Positions 18,558 to 27,390 of a DNA stretch of 31,755 bases are shown here, piece by piece (position 1 is the stretch's first letter; the number at the start of each line of letters is the position of its first letter). Under the pieces are notes generated by a model. The model searched no databases. It worked only from the letters and a program-made list of their open reading frames with translations, and was not told where the DNA came from. Position numbers and translations under genes: made by a program. This DNA comes from an uncultured Bacteroidales bacterium (GTDB lineage Bacteria > Bacteroidota > Bacteroidia > Bacteroidales > GCA-2711565), in assembly GCA_964399905.1 (NCBI GenBank), contig CAYNTB010000001.1:1-31755 (forward strand), given 5' to 3'.

Positions 18558-18654
18558 GAGATTTATTTAAATCAAAACGTGCATATAAAATTATTATTTT
18601 ATCTGTTGATTTCATTGTTTAATTTTATCTCATCTTATCATAAAAAAAATTTGG

Positions 18655-18951
18655 ATGAAAATCTTACGCTCCCTTATTGTTTTTTTCATTTTATTAGCTT
18701 CAATCAGTTTTCAAACTTCATGCAGTTTACTTAAGCCAACTCAGGTAAAACAGGCAGAAAAGGAAGCTAAAGCCAAGCTGAAAGAGTCTGAAGAAGCTTA
18801 TGAGTTATTGAAGGAAGAACATATGGCCCGTCAATCTGAATTGACGCGCGAGCGGATGGAAATGACAAAAAAACGATCAGAATACTATAACAGATCGAAA
18901 GAAAGGCCCGGGTTTTTTAAACGAATCTTTGGAAAACGAAAAAAGAAATAA
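18655..18951 (+). CDS. Hypothetical coiled-coil lipoprotein
   Basis: Hydrophobic signal with QTS-C lipobox, an E/K/R-rich helical body and a basic amphipathic C-terminus. Confidence 0.7.
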   Translation: MKILRSLIVFFILLASISFQTSCSLLKPTQVKQAEKEAKAKLKESEEAYELLKEEHMARQSELTRERMEMTKKRSEYYNRSKERPGFFKRIFGKRKKK

Positions 18952-19037
18952 GCCTTTTCCCCCAGCAGAATCTAATGTTTTACAACCGTTGTTTAATACA
19001 GATAAGATAATCAATAACAACAGATTAGATTCATTTT

Positions 19038-19886
19038 TCAATATAATATTCTTTCTGCACCTGAGGGATCTTCGAGCTCAAATTTAATAATAGAAAGCTC
19101 CGTACCATCGTGAGCGGCATTGTATGCCATTGTTCGTCCAATTTGCTGCTTCCAGAAACCTGTTATCCTGGTAGATTCGTGAATATGACCATGAAGGGTA
19201 ATCAAAGGTTGCCGGTTTTCTATAAATCTTTTTATGGCAATGCTTCCCACATGAACATCCATAGGAACATAATCTACCATAACCCCATCTAGTGCGGCTC
19301 TGTCAAGATGTGTTTTATAAGGTGGGGAATGAAAAAGAAAAACAGCCCTTGAAAGATCATCTTCATTTGTCAGCGACTCCAAATCCTTCTGAATAGTTGC
19401 ATATTCAATATCTTCTGTAGTTTCGAAAGTGCGAAAACCTTCGGTTGGGTGAACACAGCCGGGATCCACATATCGGGAAACATCATATTTCTCCCAGTCT
19501 TTCATCTGGAAAGGGGTTGGGGGTACAAACGAATATCCGTAAACAGGATAATTATTCAGCATATGCTTTTTTTGGTTTAGGTAATGAAACAATCCCTGTT
19601 TGCTTTCTTCTTTAAACTTTTCCTCTTCACATCTTGCATCGTCATTCCCGAGTATCAGAAATATACAGGGGTATTGGTCCTTCAAATCCTTCTTTAGTTG
19701 ATGGAAAGCGGGAAAAAGAAAATCTGATAGAAAATCATCATAATTCTCAAATTTCTTGAAAATATGTGGCAAAATATCTCCTCCCAGGAATAGAACATCC
19801 GGTTTTTCTATCCTGATTTGATCAAATAATTTTTCATATTTATCGATGTGACCATGAAGATCCGTAACAAAAAAACATTTATTCAT
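19038..19886 (-). CDS. Calcineurin-like metallophosphoesterase (Icc-related)
   Basis: Five motifs: TDLHG, GGDIL, LGNDD, FHSPP, HGHIHES. Confidence 0.9.
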   Translation of the reverse strand: MNKCFFVTDLHGHIDKYEKLFDQIRIEKPDVLFLGGDILPHIFKKFENYDDFLSDFLFPAFHQLKKDLKDQYPCIFLILGNDDARCEEEKFKEESKQGLFHYLNQKKHMLNNYPVYGYSFVPPTPFQMKDWEKYDVSRYVDPGCVHPTEGFRTFETTEDIEYATIQKDLESLTNEDDLSRAVFLFHSPPYKTHLDRAALDGVMVDYVPMDVHVGSIAIKRFIENRQPLITLHGHIHESTRITGFWKQQIGRTMAYNAAHDGTELSIIKFELEDPSGAERILY

Positions 19887-20749
19887 TCAATCGTTTTAAT
19901 AAGTTTGGCCCCATCAGTAATGGCCCCGATCATTGAGGCAAAACTGTTTTTGTTTTTAATATCTTCGTCCGTAACAATATGTAAATCAATCAGTCCGTCG
20001 GTTTTATAGCCGGTTTTCAAAAAATTCATCTCAGATAAGCAAAGGCTCCAACCTTCGATCCAGGCCCTAAGTTCCATTTGCTGAGTTAAGTTGCCTGCAA
20101 AATGAATAAGAAGATCAATGTCGCTAGCCGGACCGGCTGTCGCATTTTTTGTGCTCCCGATCACATATACTGATTTAACACCATACTTTGCCAAATTTAG
20201 TTTATCTGCAATTATTTTCACCATCTCTGATCTCCATTTCCAATGTATATTTGATTGCGTATGAATCAGTGAAGAGATGTTCTCGTCCGTCGCAATCTTA
20301 TCACTTTCACTCTCATCAAAAAGCGCAATTGTTTTTTTTAATCGTTTATTAAATATGTAATTACTGATCTGAAAGGCTATTGTATTTAGCAATTTTTGCT
20401 CCTCCGGCAAAAACTGGGAATCACCTATCATTTTTTTGAATTCAGTATAATATACTTCAATTTTCCCTTCTATTTCTTCGTCAATTATGATATCCGAATA
20501 TTGAACCCACTCTGTTTCTTCCCATCCCGGTTCTTTATAGATTTTACCCTCAAATATTATTTTTACCCGGGTAATAATTGGATATTGCCAACCGCCCCAC
20601 AAATGTTTTACAATCTCCATCAGGAACTTGTCAACCGGCAAATTTTCACTAATAATCTCCTGCACCCTGTACAGGCATTTAATCTCTTTCTCTCTTTCCC
20701 TAAGGCTCTGAATTTCCTTTAGGTAGTAGTCTTCATTTTTTATCATCAA
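19883..20749 (-). CDS. GAF-like sensory domain fused to a Pol-beta-superfamily nucleotidyltransferase domain
   Basis: C-terminal GSTKNATAGPASDIDLL (GS plus DxD) with a third Asp in LIDLH. The N-terminus LREREKEIKCLY...WQYP...GKIEVYY...FLPEEQKLL is recognised from memory as a GAF-like segment of sensor proteins. Confidence 0.75.
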   Translation of the reverse strand: MMIKNEDYYLKEIQSLREREKEIKCLYRVQEIISENLPVDKFLMEIVKHLWGGWQYPIITRVKIIFEGKIYKEPGWEETEWVQYSDIIIDEEIEGKIEVYYTEFKKMIGDSQFLPEEQKLLNTIAFQISNYIFNKRLKKTIALFDESESDKIATDENISSLIHTQSNIHWKWRSEMVKIIADKLNLAKYGVKSVYVIGSTKNATAGPASDIDLLIHFAGNLTQQMELRAWIEGWSLCLSEMNFLKTGYKTDGLIDLHIVTDEDIKNKNSFASMIGAITDGAKLIKTIE

Positions 20750-20903
20750 ATCTGATTTAATATAAAAAACATCTCAATTCTATCAACTAAATATTAAATT
20801 AAAAGGCAATTTGAGTTATCCCTGAATTTGAGGGTTTTATTTTTATTCTTCCCTCACCACTTTATTATAACTGCTTCTGAATTTTAAGATTAGAAAATTG
20901 CAG

Positions 20904-23180
20904 TTAAAATTTCTCAATTTTATCAATGCTGCGTTTGGTTTTATTTTTAGCATCATATTTTTCACAGTCAAATTCAATGTTCATCCCGTGAATTGGTTTC
21001 TCAAAATCACCTTTTGTAAAACCCAAAGTAGGATCATTGTATATTTTCTGCATATAAAGAGCCCAAATCGGGAGTGCGACATTCGCCCCTTGCCCGAGTG
21101 TTAGGGTTCTGAAATGTGCCGAACGGTCTTCGCATCCCGACCATACCCCGGTTGTTAATTGAGGGGTAATTCCCATAAACCAACCATCCGATTGATTATT
21201 GGTGGTCCCCGTTTTCCCAGCTATGGGATTGGAAAGGCCATATTTCCACACCAGCCGTGTACCGGTTCCATATTCAACAACACCTTTTAACAGCTCTAAC
21301 ATCAGATAAGCGGTTTCTTCGTTCATTGCTTCTTCCTTTTTGGGCACAAAATCAGCAATTACATTTCCATTTTTATCTTCTATTCTGGTAACATAAATGG
21401 GCTCAACATAAACGCCCTTACTTGCAAAAGTATTGAATGCGCCAACCATTTCTGATAGTTTTAAATCGGCACTGCCCAATGCAATTGAATAAACTGGAGG
21501 AATATAACTTTTAACCCCCATCTTTCTGGCTATTTTAATAACCGATTGGGGAGAATACCTGTTAATCAGGTGACCTGAAATCCAGTTATTGGAAGTTGCA
21601 AGTGCATATTTTAAATTCACCTCTTTACCCTTAAACTCTTCATCATCATTGTTGGGCTCCCAGGTATCACCATTCGGTAGTTTGATCATCGGTTGTATAT
21701 TCGCAATTTTACTGCAAGGTGTTTCACCTTCCTGCATAGCAAGTGTATATAAAAATGGTTTAAAGGTTGAGCCAACCTGTCGTTTACCCATGGTAACGTG
21801 ATCATATTGAAAAGAATTATAATCGATTCCACCGACATATGCTTTAACAAAGCCGGTTCCGGGTTCAACAGACATGAGGCCGGATTGATAAAAAAACTTA
21901 TAATATCTTAATGAATCCATCGGACTCATAATCGTATCAATCATCCCTTTCCAGCTAAATACCGACATTTGCACAGGGGTATTAAAGATCATTCGAATTG
22001 AATCTATTGGTTTACCGGCATTTCTCAATAAACGGTATCTTTCGGTGCGCCTCATGCTCAAATCCATCAAATCCTTAACATCACGCTGAACAGAATCTCC
22101 TTCAAATACAAAGGGAGCATTTGCATAGCCTTTCCAATGTTGATAGAATGCCGGTTGCAGGTCAAGTGAAAGATGCTCCACCACCGCTTCCTCGGCATAT
22201 TGTTGCATCCTGGAATCGATGGTTGTATAAATTTTTAAGCCGTCCTTATACAAATCATAATTAGTTCCATCGGGTTTAAAGTGATTTTTGCACCATTCTT
22301 TTAGTTCGCCCCTTAAAAATTCGCGAAAATATTTAGCCAGTCCCTTGGTATGATCAAGAACGCCAAAATTAGACATATCAATGGGGATTGCTGAAATCGA
22401 ATCATATACTTCGGGGGTGATATACCCGTATTTTTTCATTTGGCTGAGCACCAAATTTCTTTTATCAAAAGCCCTTTCAGGGTTACGAACCGGACTGTAA
22501 TAGGTAGGTGCATTTACAACCCCAACCATAAGGGCTGCCTCTTCAAGTCTTAACGAATCCGGTGTTTTATTGAAAAATGTTTTTGAAGCTGCCTTGATCC
22601 CATACGATTGGCTTCCGAATGGAACCGTATTCAGGTACATGGCAATGATTTCCTGTTTGGTATAATTTCGCTCCAGTTTTGCCGCTGTAACCCATTCCTT
22701 TAACTTTGCAACCGAAAGGGTTAATATGGATGGATTGCTTTTACGGGGGAATAAATTTTTAGCCAATTGCTGTGTAATGGTACTTCCTCCTCCTTTACCC
22801 GGATTTCCGGTGGCAACACCATAGGCCACCCTGAACAATGCTTTGAGGTCGATTCCCGAATGATCGGCAAAACGTATGTCTTCAGCAGCAATTAATGCAC
22901 TTACCAGATTGGGCGACAATTCAGAATAATCAACGTTTGAGCGGTTCTCAATATAATAGTTACCCAATAATTTCCCATCGGCAGAATATACCTCTGATGC
23001 CAAACTGCTATTTGGATTTTCAAGTTCCTCAAAGCTTGGCATGGGCCCAAACCATTCGTTTGAAATTCCTATAAAAATTAAAACAGCAGTCAGAACCATC
23101 ACTGAATAAATAATCCAGAACTTAATGAGATAATTCAATGCCATTTTCCTTCTTTTTCCTTTTCCTGATGCTTTTTCCAT
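20904..23180 (-). CDS. Class A penicillin-binding protein 1A (transglycosylase/transpeptidase)
   Basis: N-terminal TM helix, EDIRF, GGSTITQQLAKN, KLKEW, and transpeptidase STFK, SNN and KTG motifs. Confidence 0.95.
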   Translation of the reverse strand: MEKASGKGKRRKMALNYLIKFWIIYSVMVLTAVLIFIGISNEWFGPMPSFEELENPNSSLASEVYSADGKLLGNYYIENRSNVDYSELSPNLVSALIAAEDIRFADHSGIDLKALFRVAYGVATGNPGKGGGSTITQQLAKNLFPRKSNPSILTLSVAKLKEWVTAAKLERNYTKQEIIAMYLNTVPFGSQSYGIKAASKTFFNKTPDSLRLEEAALMVGVVNAPTYYSPVRNPERAFDKRNLVLSQMKKYGYITPEVYDSISAIPIDMSNFGVLDHTKGLAKYFREFLRGELKEWCKNHFKPDGTNYDLYKDGLKIYTTIDSRMQQYAEEAVVEHLSLDLQPAFYQHWKGYANAPFVFEGDSVQRDVKDLMDLSMRRTERYRLLRNAGKPIDSIRMIFNTPVQMSVFSWKGMIDTIMSPMDSLRYYKFFYQSGLMSVEPGTGFVKAYVGGIDYNSFQYDHVTMGKRQVGSTFKPFLYTLAMQEGETPCSKIANIQPMIKLPNGDTWEPNNDDEEFKGKEVNLKYALATSNNWISGHLINRYSPQSVIKIARKMGVKSYIPPVYSIALGSADLKLSEMVGAFNTFASKGVYVEPIYVTRIEDKNGNVIADFVPKKEEAMNEETAYLMLELLKGVVEYGTGTRLVWKYGLSNPIAGKTGTTNNQSDGWFMGITPQLTTGVWSGCEDRSAHFRTLTLGQGANVALPIWALYMQKIYNDPTLGFTKGDFEKPIHGMNIEFDCEKYDAKNKTKRSIDKIEKF

Positions 23181-23197
23181 TTAGCTAATATTTTATC

Positions 23198-23668
23198 TTA
23201 GTTTGCCGACAGTTTATTTATTTGAATTCCAACATCTTCAACCCCGGAGAGAACATCCTGACGCATTGCCTGCACAAAACTTATCTTATATAATCCATTT
23301 CGCGGAAACTGTAAATTTTGCCTGATCAAAATATTGTTTTCCTTAATTTCTCCCAATCCATTCCCGAACCATCTTCCCCGGACATCCGCCAAAAGACATT
23401 CAATGGTATCATTACTTATCTGCCCATTGGGAAATTCTGTAGCAACAAAAAAATAGAGGTTTCGGTATGGATAATTTATGCTGTGCCTGATATTAATATG
23501 GAAATCGTAAACCGCCAGCGAATCGGTAATTTCAAAGTCAAATATTATGGTGTCGTTTTTATCCCAATTACCGGAAATATCTTTGTTTTCACTTATCACG
23601 AGGTCTGAATTACATGACAGTAAGGGCATCAAACCGATTAACAACATGATTAAATTTTTAATTTTCAT
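23198..23668 (-). CDS. gldH: GldH-family lipoprotein
   Basis: LLS-C lipobox, RHSINYPYRNLY, GRWFGNG and QAMR motifs. The start is moved to the ATG at 23668 (MKIKN), which removes the overlap with ricT. Confidence 0.85.
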   Translation of the reverse strand: MKIKNLIMLLIGLMPLLSCNSDLVISENKDISGNWDKNDTIIFDFEITDSLAVYDFHINIRHSINYPYRNLYFFVATEFPNGQISNDTIECLLADVRGRWFGNGLGEIKENNILIRQNLQFPRNGLYKISFVQAMRQDVLSGVEDVGIQINKLSAN

Positions 23669-23675
23669 GATAAGA

Positions 23676-24848
23676 TCATTTTCTCTTAAATGATTTTTTC
23701 CGTCTTTTATTGTTTGATTTCTGCTTTTTATCAAATCTGTTCAGATCATCAGCCTCAAGATTGTTCCCATATCCATTGACCTGTTCTTCTACGACGGTGA
23801 AATCTTCGAGTTTCTGGGCTAACTTATTGCCCTGGTTTAATTTTATAATTTGCTTTACTTTATCAAGTGACAGCGCGATAAAATTATTGGGGTTATCCGT
23901 ATAGGAATACCATAACTTCTTGTTAAAGATATCTGTTTTTTGATGTATTGCATCTCCTTTCTCGGTTTTTAATACGATTTCCTGATCCGGAAATTCTTTA
24001 AGGGCTTCCACATAATTATCGTATTCATAGTTCAGGCAACATTTAAGTTTGGAACATTGCCCGGCAAGTTTTTGCGGGTTTAACGACAATTGTTGGGCTT
24101 TTGCTGAACTGGTAGTTACGGATTTAAAATTGGTCATCCAGGTTGCACAACAAAGCTCTCTTCCGCACGAACCCAATCCTCCCAACCTGGCAGCCTCCTG
24201 GCGAACGCCAATTTGCTTCATTTCGATCCTGATTTTAAAGGCTTCAGCGAGTTGCTTAATTAACACGCGGAAATCGACCCTTTCTTCGGCGGTATAATAA
24301 AAAACAGCTTTCGTGCTATCCCCTTGATATTCTACATCATTAACTTTCATTTCGAGCTTAAGATCTCCGGCTATTTTTCGGGTTTTAAGCATGGTTTCGG
24401 TTTCTTTTGAAACAGCTTGTACCCATTTTTCAATATCGTAAGATCTGGCCCTGCGGTATAATTTTTTAATTTCCTGAGAATTTGGATCGATCTTTTTTCT
24501 CTTCATCTGTAAGCGGGCAGTTTCACCGGTCAGGGTAACGATCCCAATATCATGACCTGGCGAGGCTTCAACAGCGACAATATCGCCCACATTTAACTCC
24601 AAATTATCGGTTATTCGATAAAAATCTTTTCGGCTGTTTTTAAACCTTACTTCCACACAATCAAAAACAGGCATGGATCCAGGCAAAGTAACATTTTTTA
24701 ACCAGTCAAATTCATCAAGCTTACAGCATCGGTGCTTAAAAACTTCCTGATTTTCAAGATTACTGTCTGGAGTGCAGCTACAGCCCCGGCTAATGAATAG
24801 CTCAGGATCATCCTTAAATTTTATATTTTCATCATTCATTGATTCCAC
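23676..24848 (-). CDS. ricT: PSP1-domain / RicT (YaaT-like) protein
   Basis: VEVRFKN, YYTAEERVDFR, QIGVRQEA, CGRELCC, KLAGQCSKLKCC. The ORF-track start is GTG, and the ATG at 24839 is more likely. Confidence 0.88.
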   Translation of the reverse strand: MESMNDENIKFKDDPELFISRGCSCTPDSNLENQEVFKHRCCKLDEFDWLKNVTLPGSMPVFDCVEVRFKNSRKDFYRITDNLELNVGDIVAVEASPGHDIGIVTLTGETARLQMKRKKIDPNSQEIKKLYRRARSYDIEKWVQAVSKETETMLKTRKIAGDLKLEMKVNDVEYQGDSTKAVFYYTAEERVDFRVLIKQLAEAFKIRIEMKQIGVRQEAARLGGLGSCGRELCCATWMTNFKSVTTSSAKAQQLSLNPQKLAGQCSKLKCCLNYEYDNYVEALKEFPDQEIVLKTEKGDAIHQKTDIFNKKLWYSYTDNPNNFIALSLDKVKQIIKLNQGNKLAQKLEDFTVVEEQVNGYGNNLEADDLNRFDKKQKSNNKRRKKSFKRK

Positions 24849-24856
24849 TTGATTTG

Positions 24857-24864
24857 CAAATTTA
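24857..24864 (-). promoter_or_regulatory. Bacteroidota -7 element upstream of ricT
   Basis: The minus strand reads TAAATTTG followed by CA. Confidence 0.5.
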
Positions 24865-24879
24865 ATAAATTTGATTTCT

Positions 24880-26016
24880 TCAGGCCGGTTTAAGTTTCAG
24901 AAGCTTAATCGTTTTCAGTGAGATGTCCATTAACAAAATTGAGGGATTTGCATTTCGCTCAATCGCATAATGCGCTTCATTAAATTCTTTGGTAAATGTT
25001 TCAATGTTTGCTGCATTAATGAAAGGTGAAAATTTTTGCAACCATTCCAGTTCTTCTTCGTTTGATTTAGCCATTGCCGTCTGCCCATAATTGATTAGCA
25101 TGCAGTTTCTTGCAATTTGTAATGCATTCGAAAAAAAGTTTTTTTGGCGTTCCCTCCCTATTTTTGCAAATTCACTAACAAAGCCTGAAATTTGCGCAAC
25201 ATCCCCGGTAAAACACATTCTCATCCAGTCCTGAAACTTTGTAAAGTTCCATTTGTTGGAATCAGCATTGCGCATAAGCTCCAGGCTTAAATTATAATTT
25301 CCGTCTGCCTGATGAATGTGATTAAGCAATTCATTATCTGTAAGATCACCTTTATGTTTTAAGGCCTGTAATAAAACTAATTCATTTATTTTGGGAACCT
25401 TTACAATTTGTGTTCTGGAAAGTATGGTGCTGATCATTTTGCCCTGATTTTCAGAGATTAACAAAAATAAAGTTTTTTCAGGTGGTTCTTCGAGAATTTT
25501 CAGGATTTTTGGCGCGGCAGCATGAAATAATTTATCCGCCATCCAGATGACCATTACCTTATATTCTGCCTCATAAGACTTGTACCCCAGCGTTTTAATA
25601 ATGGAATTACAATCTTCAGCATTGATGATTCCCTGTTTGTTTTCAATGCCGATCTTTTCATACCATTGATTCACACCGATATAAGCTCCATTTTCGAGCA
25701 AAACAGAGCGCCATTTTTCAATAAAATCAGCACTTCTGGCTTTCTTAACTTCTTTTGTTGAAGCAACGGGATAAATGAAATGCAGATCGGGATGAATCAG
25801 CTTTTCATATTTAATACAGGAGGGGCATACCCCACAAGCATCATCCTCGCTACGGTTTTTGCAATTGATGTACTGGGCATAAGCAATCGCAAGCGGCAAC
25901 TTACCAACTCCCGGAGGACCGGCAAATAATTGGGCATGACTGATCCGGTTTTCCTTAACGGTCTGGATCAGTTGTTTTTTTATTTGCTCCTGTCCGATGA
26001 TCTCTTTAAATAACAT
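24880..26016 (-). CDS. holB: DNA polymerase III subunit delta'
   Basis: IIGQE, HAQLFAGPPGVGK, CGVCPSC zinc motif, HPDLH, LKILEEPP, TILSR. Confidence 0.92.
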   Translation of the reverse strand: MLFKEIIGQEQIKKQLIQTVKENRISHAQLFAGPPGVGKLPLAIAYAQYINCKNRSEDDACGVCPSCIKYEKLIHPDLHFIYPVASTKEVKKARSADFIEKWRSVLLENGAYIGVNQWYEKIGIENKQGIINAEDCNSIIKTLGYKSYEAEYKVMVIWMADKLFHAAAPKILKILEEPPEKTLFLLISENQGKMISTILSRTQIVKVPKINELVLLQALKHKGDLTDNELLNHIHQADGNYNLSLELMRNADSNKWNFTKFQDWMRMCFTGDVAQISGFVSEFAKIGRERQKNFFSNALQIARNCMLINYGQTAMAKSNEEELEWLQKFSPFINAANIETFTKEFNEAHYAIERNANPSILLMDISLKTIKLLKLKPA

Positions 26017-26040
26017 TTATTCTGATGTTTTGCCTGGCCT

Positions 26041-26048
26041 CAAAGATA
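26041..26048 (-). promoter_or_regulatory. Bacteroidota -7 element upstream of holB
   Basis: The minus strand reads TATCTTTG, 24 nt upstream of the ATG. Confidence 0.55.
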
Positions 26049-26197
26049 GCCAAAAAATTGTTTTTTTATCATTGTAAACATATTATTCACAATATTCAAT
26101 CCATCACATTCAACAGTACATGAATGAATGAATTGCGAATAAATTTTTCTATTTTGGGGTTACTTTATTTACTTAAACAGAATTAATATGATACACG

Positions 26198-26464
26198 ATG
26201 AAAAGCAAACGAATTATTACCGAGTGGATCATTGTATTCCTTTTTTTAATATTAGTACTTCCCTACCTAAACGTCAAAATAAGCGATAACGGGGAAGAGT
26301 TGTACGGATTTCTTAGAATTCAAATTATATTCGTTAATCCCATTGTTTTTATTAGTCTGGTTTTTAGCCAAATTTGGCGAATTAAAAAATCAAATGGGTT
26401 TACCGGAAAAGAAATCCTGAAGTCTTTTATCCCATTTGTAAAAACAAAAACTAAAATAAATTAG
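26198..26464 (+). CDS. Hypothetical small membrane protein with two hydrophobic helices
   Basis: 88-aa ORF filling the gap between holB and the sdh terminator. No family recognised. Confidence 0.55.
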   Translation: MKSKRIITEWIIVFLFLILVLPYLNVKISDNGEELYGFLRIQIIFVNPIVFISLVFSQIWRIKKSNGFTGKEILKSFIPFVKTKTKIN

Positions 26465-26466
26465 AT

Positions 26467-26508
26467 AAAAAAAAGAAAAGCCTGCTATTCATATTAATAA
26501 CAGGCTTT
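26467..26508 (-). terminator. Intrinsic terminator of sdhCAB (possibly bidirectional)
   Basis: Minus-strand stem AAAGCCUGUUAUU/AAUAGCAGGCUUU (one G-U pair) followed by a long U tract. Confidence 0.8.
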
Positions 26509-26529
26509 ATTATATTTTGCAAATAGTAT

Positions 26530-27270
26530 CTAAGTCAATTTTGCACTTAAGAATTCGCGGTTCATGCGTGCAATATTTTCAACAGAGATCCCTTTGGGGC
26601 ATTCTGCCTCGCAGGCGTATGTATTGGTACAGTTTCCAAATCCCAGTTCATCCATTTTCGAAACCATGGCTTGAACCCTTTCTTTGGCTTCAACCTTGCC
26701 TTGTTCCAATAAAGCATATTGTGAAACTTTCGCCGAAACGAATAGCATGGCCGATGCATTTTTACAAGCGGCAACACAAGCTCCGCAACCAATACAAGAA
26801 GCAGAATTCATGGCTTCGTCTGCATTTTCCTTTTTAACCAGGACCGCATTGGCATCCTGGGCTGATCCGGCATTAACAGAAATAAACCCACCGGCAGCCA
26901 TTATTTTATCAAAGGCATTACGGTCAACAATCAAATCTTTCATCACAGGGAATGCCTTGGCTCTGAATGGTTCAATAACAATGGTGCTCCCATCCTTAAA
27001 CGATCGCATGTGCAATTCGCAGGTTGTTGTTTTTTCGCCGGGTCCGTGAGGCCTGCCATTAATATATAAACTACAGCAACCGCAAATTCCTTCGCGACAA
27101 TCGTGTTCAAAAGCAACAGGTTCTTCTCCGCTGGTAATAAGTTTTTCATTCAATGCATCCAGCATTTCGAGGAACGACATCTCGGTCGAAACCTCGTCAA
27201 GTTCATAATCTACAAACCCGCCTTTTGCTTTTGCATTTTTTTGTCGCCAGATTTTAAGTTTTACTTTCAT
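26530..27270 (-). CDS. sdhB: Succinate dehydrogenase/fumarate reductase iron-sulfur subunit
   Basis: CREGICGCC [2Fe-2S], [11 protein letters not shown] [4Fe-4S] and [11 protein letters not shown] [3Fe-4S] motifs. Confidence 0.96.
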   Translation of the reverse strand: MKVKLKIWRQKNAKAKGGFVDYELDEVSTEMSFLEMLDALNEKLITSGEEPVAFEHDCREGICGCCSLYINGRPHGPGEKTTTCELHMRSFKDGSTIVIEPFRAKAFPVMKDLIVDRNAFDKIMAAGGFISVNAGSAQDANAVLVKKENADEAMNSASCIGCGACVAACKNASAMLFVSAKVSQYALLEQGKVEAKERVQAMVSKMDELGFGNCTNTYACEAECPKGISVENIARMNREFLSAKLT

Positions 27271-27290
27271 ATTTTAATGATTTGAAGACT

Positions 27291-27387
27291 TTAGATGTTA
27301 GAAATTAGACCCTGATAAATTCTATTAAAGAATTCAATTTCCATTTGCCAGTGAATATGAGTCTAATCTCTAGCGTCTAATATCTAA
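27291..27387. repeat. Heptamer-periodic inverted repeat (TTAGAnn units) between sdhA and sdhB
   Basis: Left arm TTAGATG TTAGAAA TTAGAC (27291-27310). Right arm GTCTAA TCTCTAG CGTCTAA TATCTAA (27361-27387). Spacer of 50 nt. Confidence 0.8.
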
Positions 27388-27390
27388 ATT

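Noticed and set aside
20810-20850. CCCT-GAATTTG-AGGG hairpin after PBP1A as a terminator
   Set aside because: The stem is only 4 bp and the flanks do not pair or give a correctly oriented U tract, so it is too weak to call.
23198-23734. Apparent 59-nt overlap between gldH and ricT, and gldH as evidence of gliding motility
   Set aside because: The overlap disappears with the ATG at 23668. gldH in this synteny also occurs in non-gliding Bacteroidota, and no other gld/spr genes are in the window.
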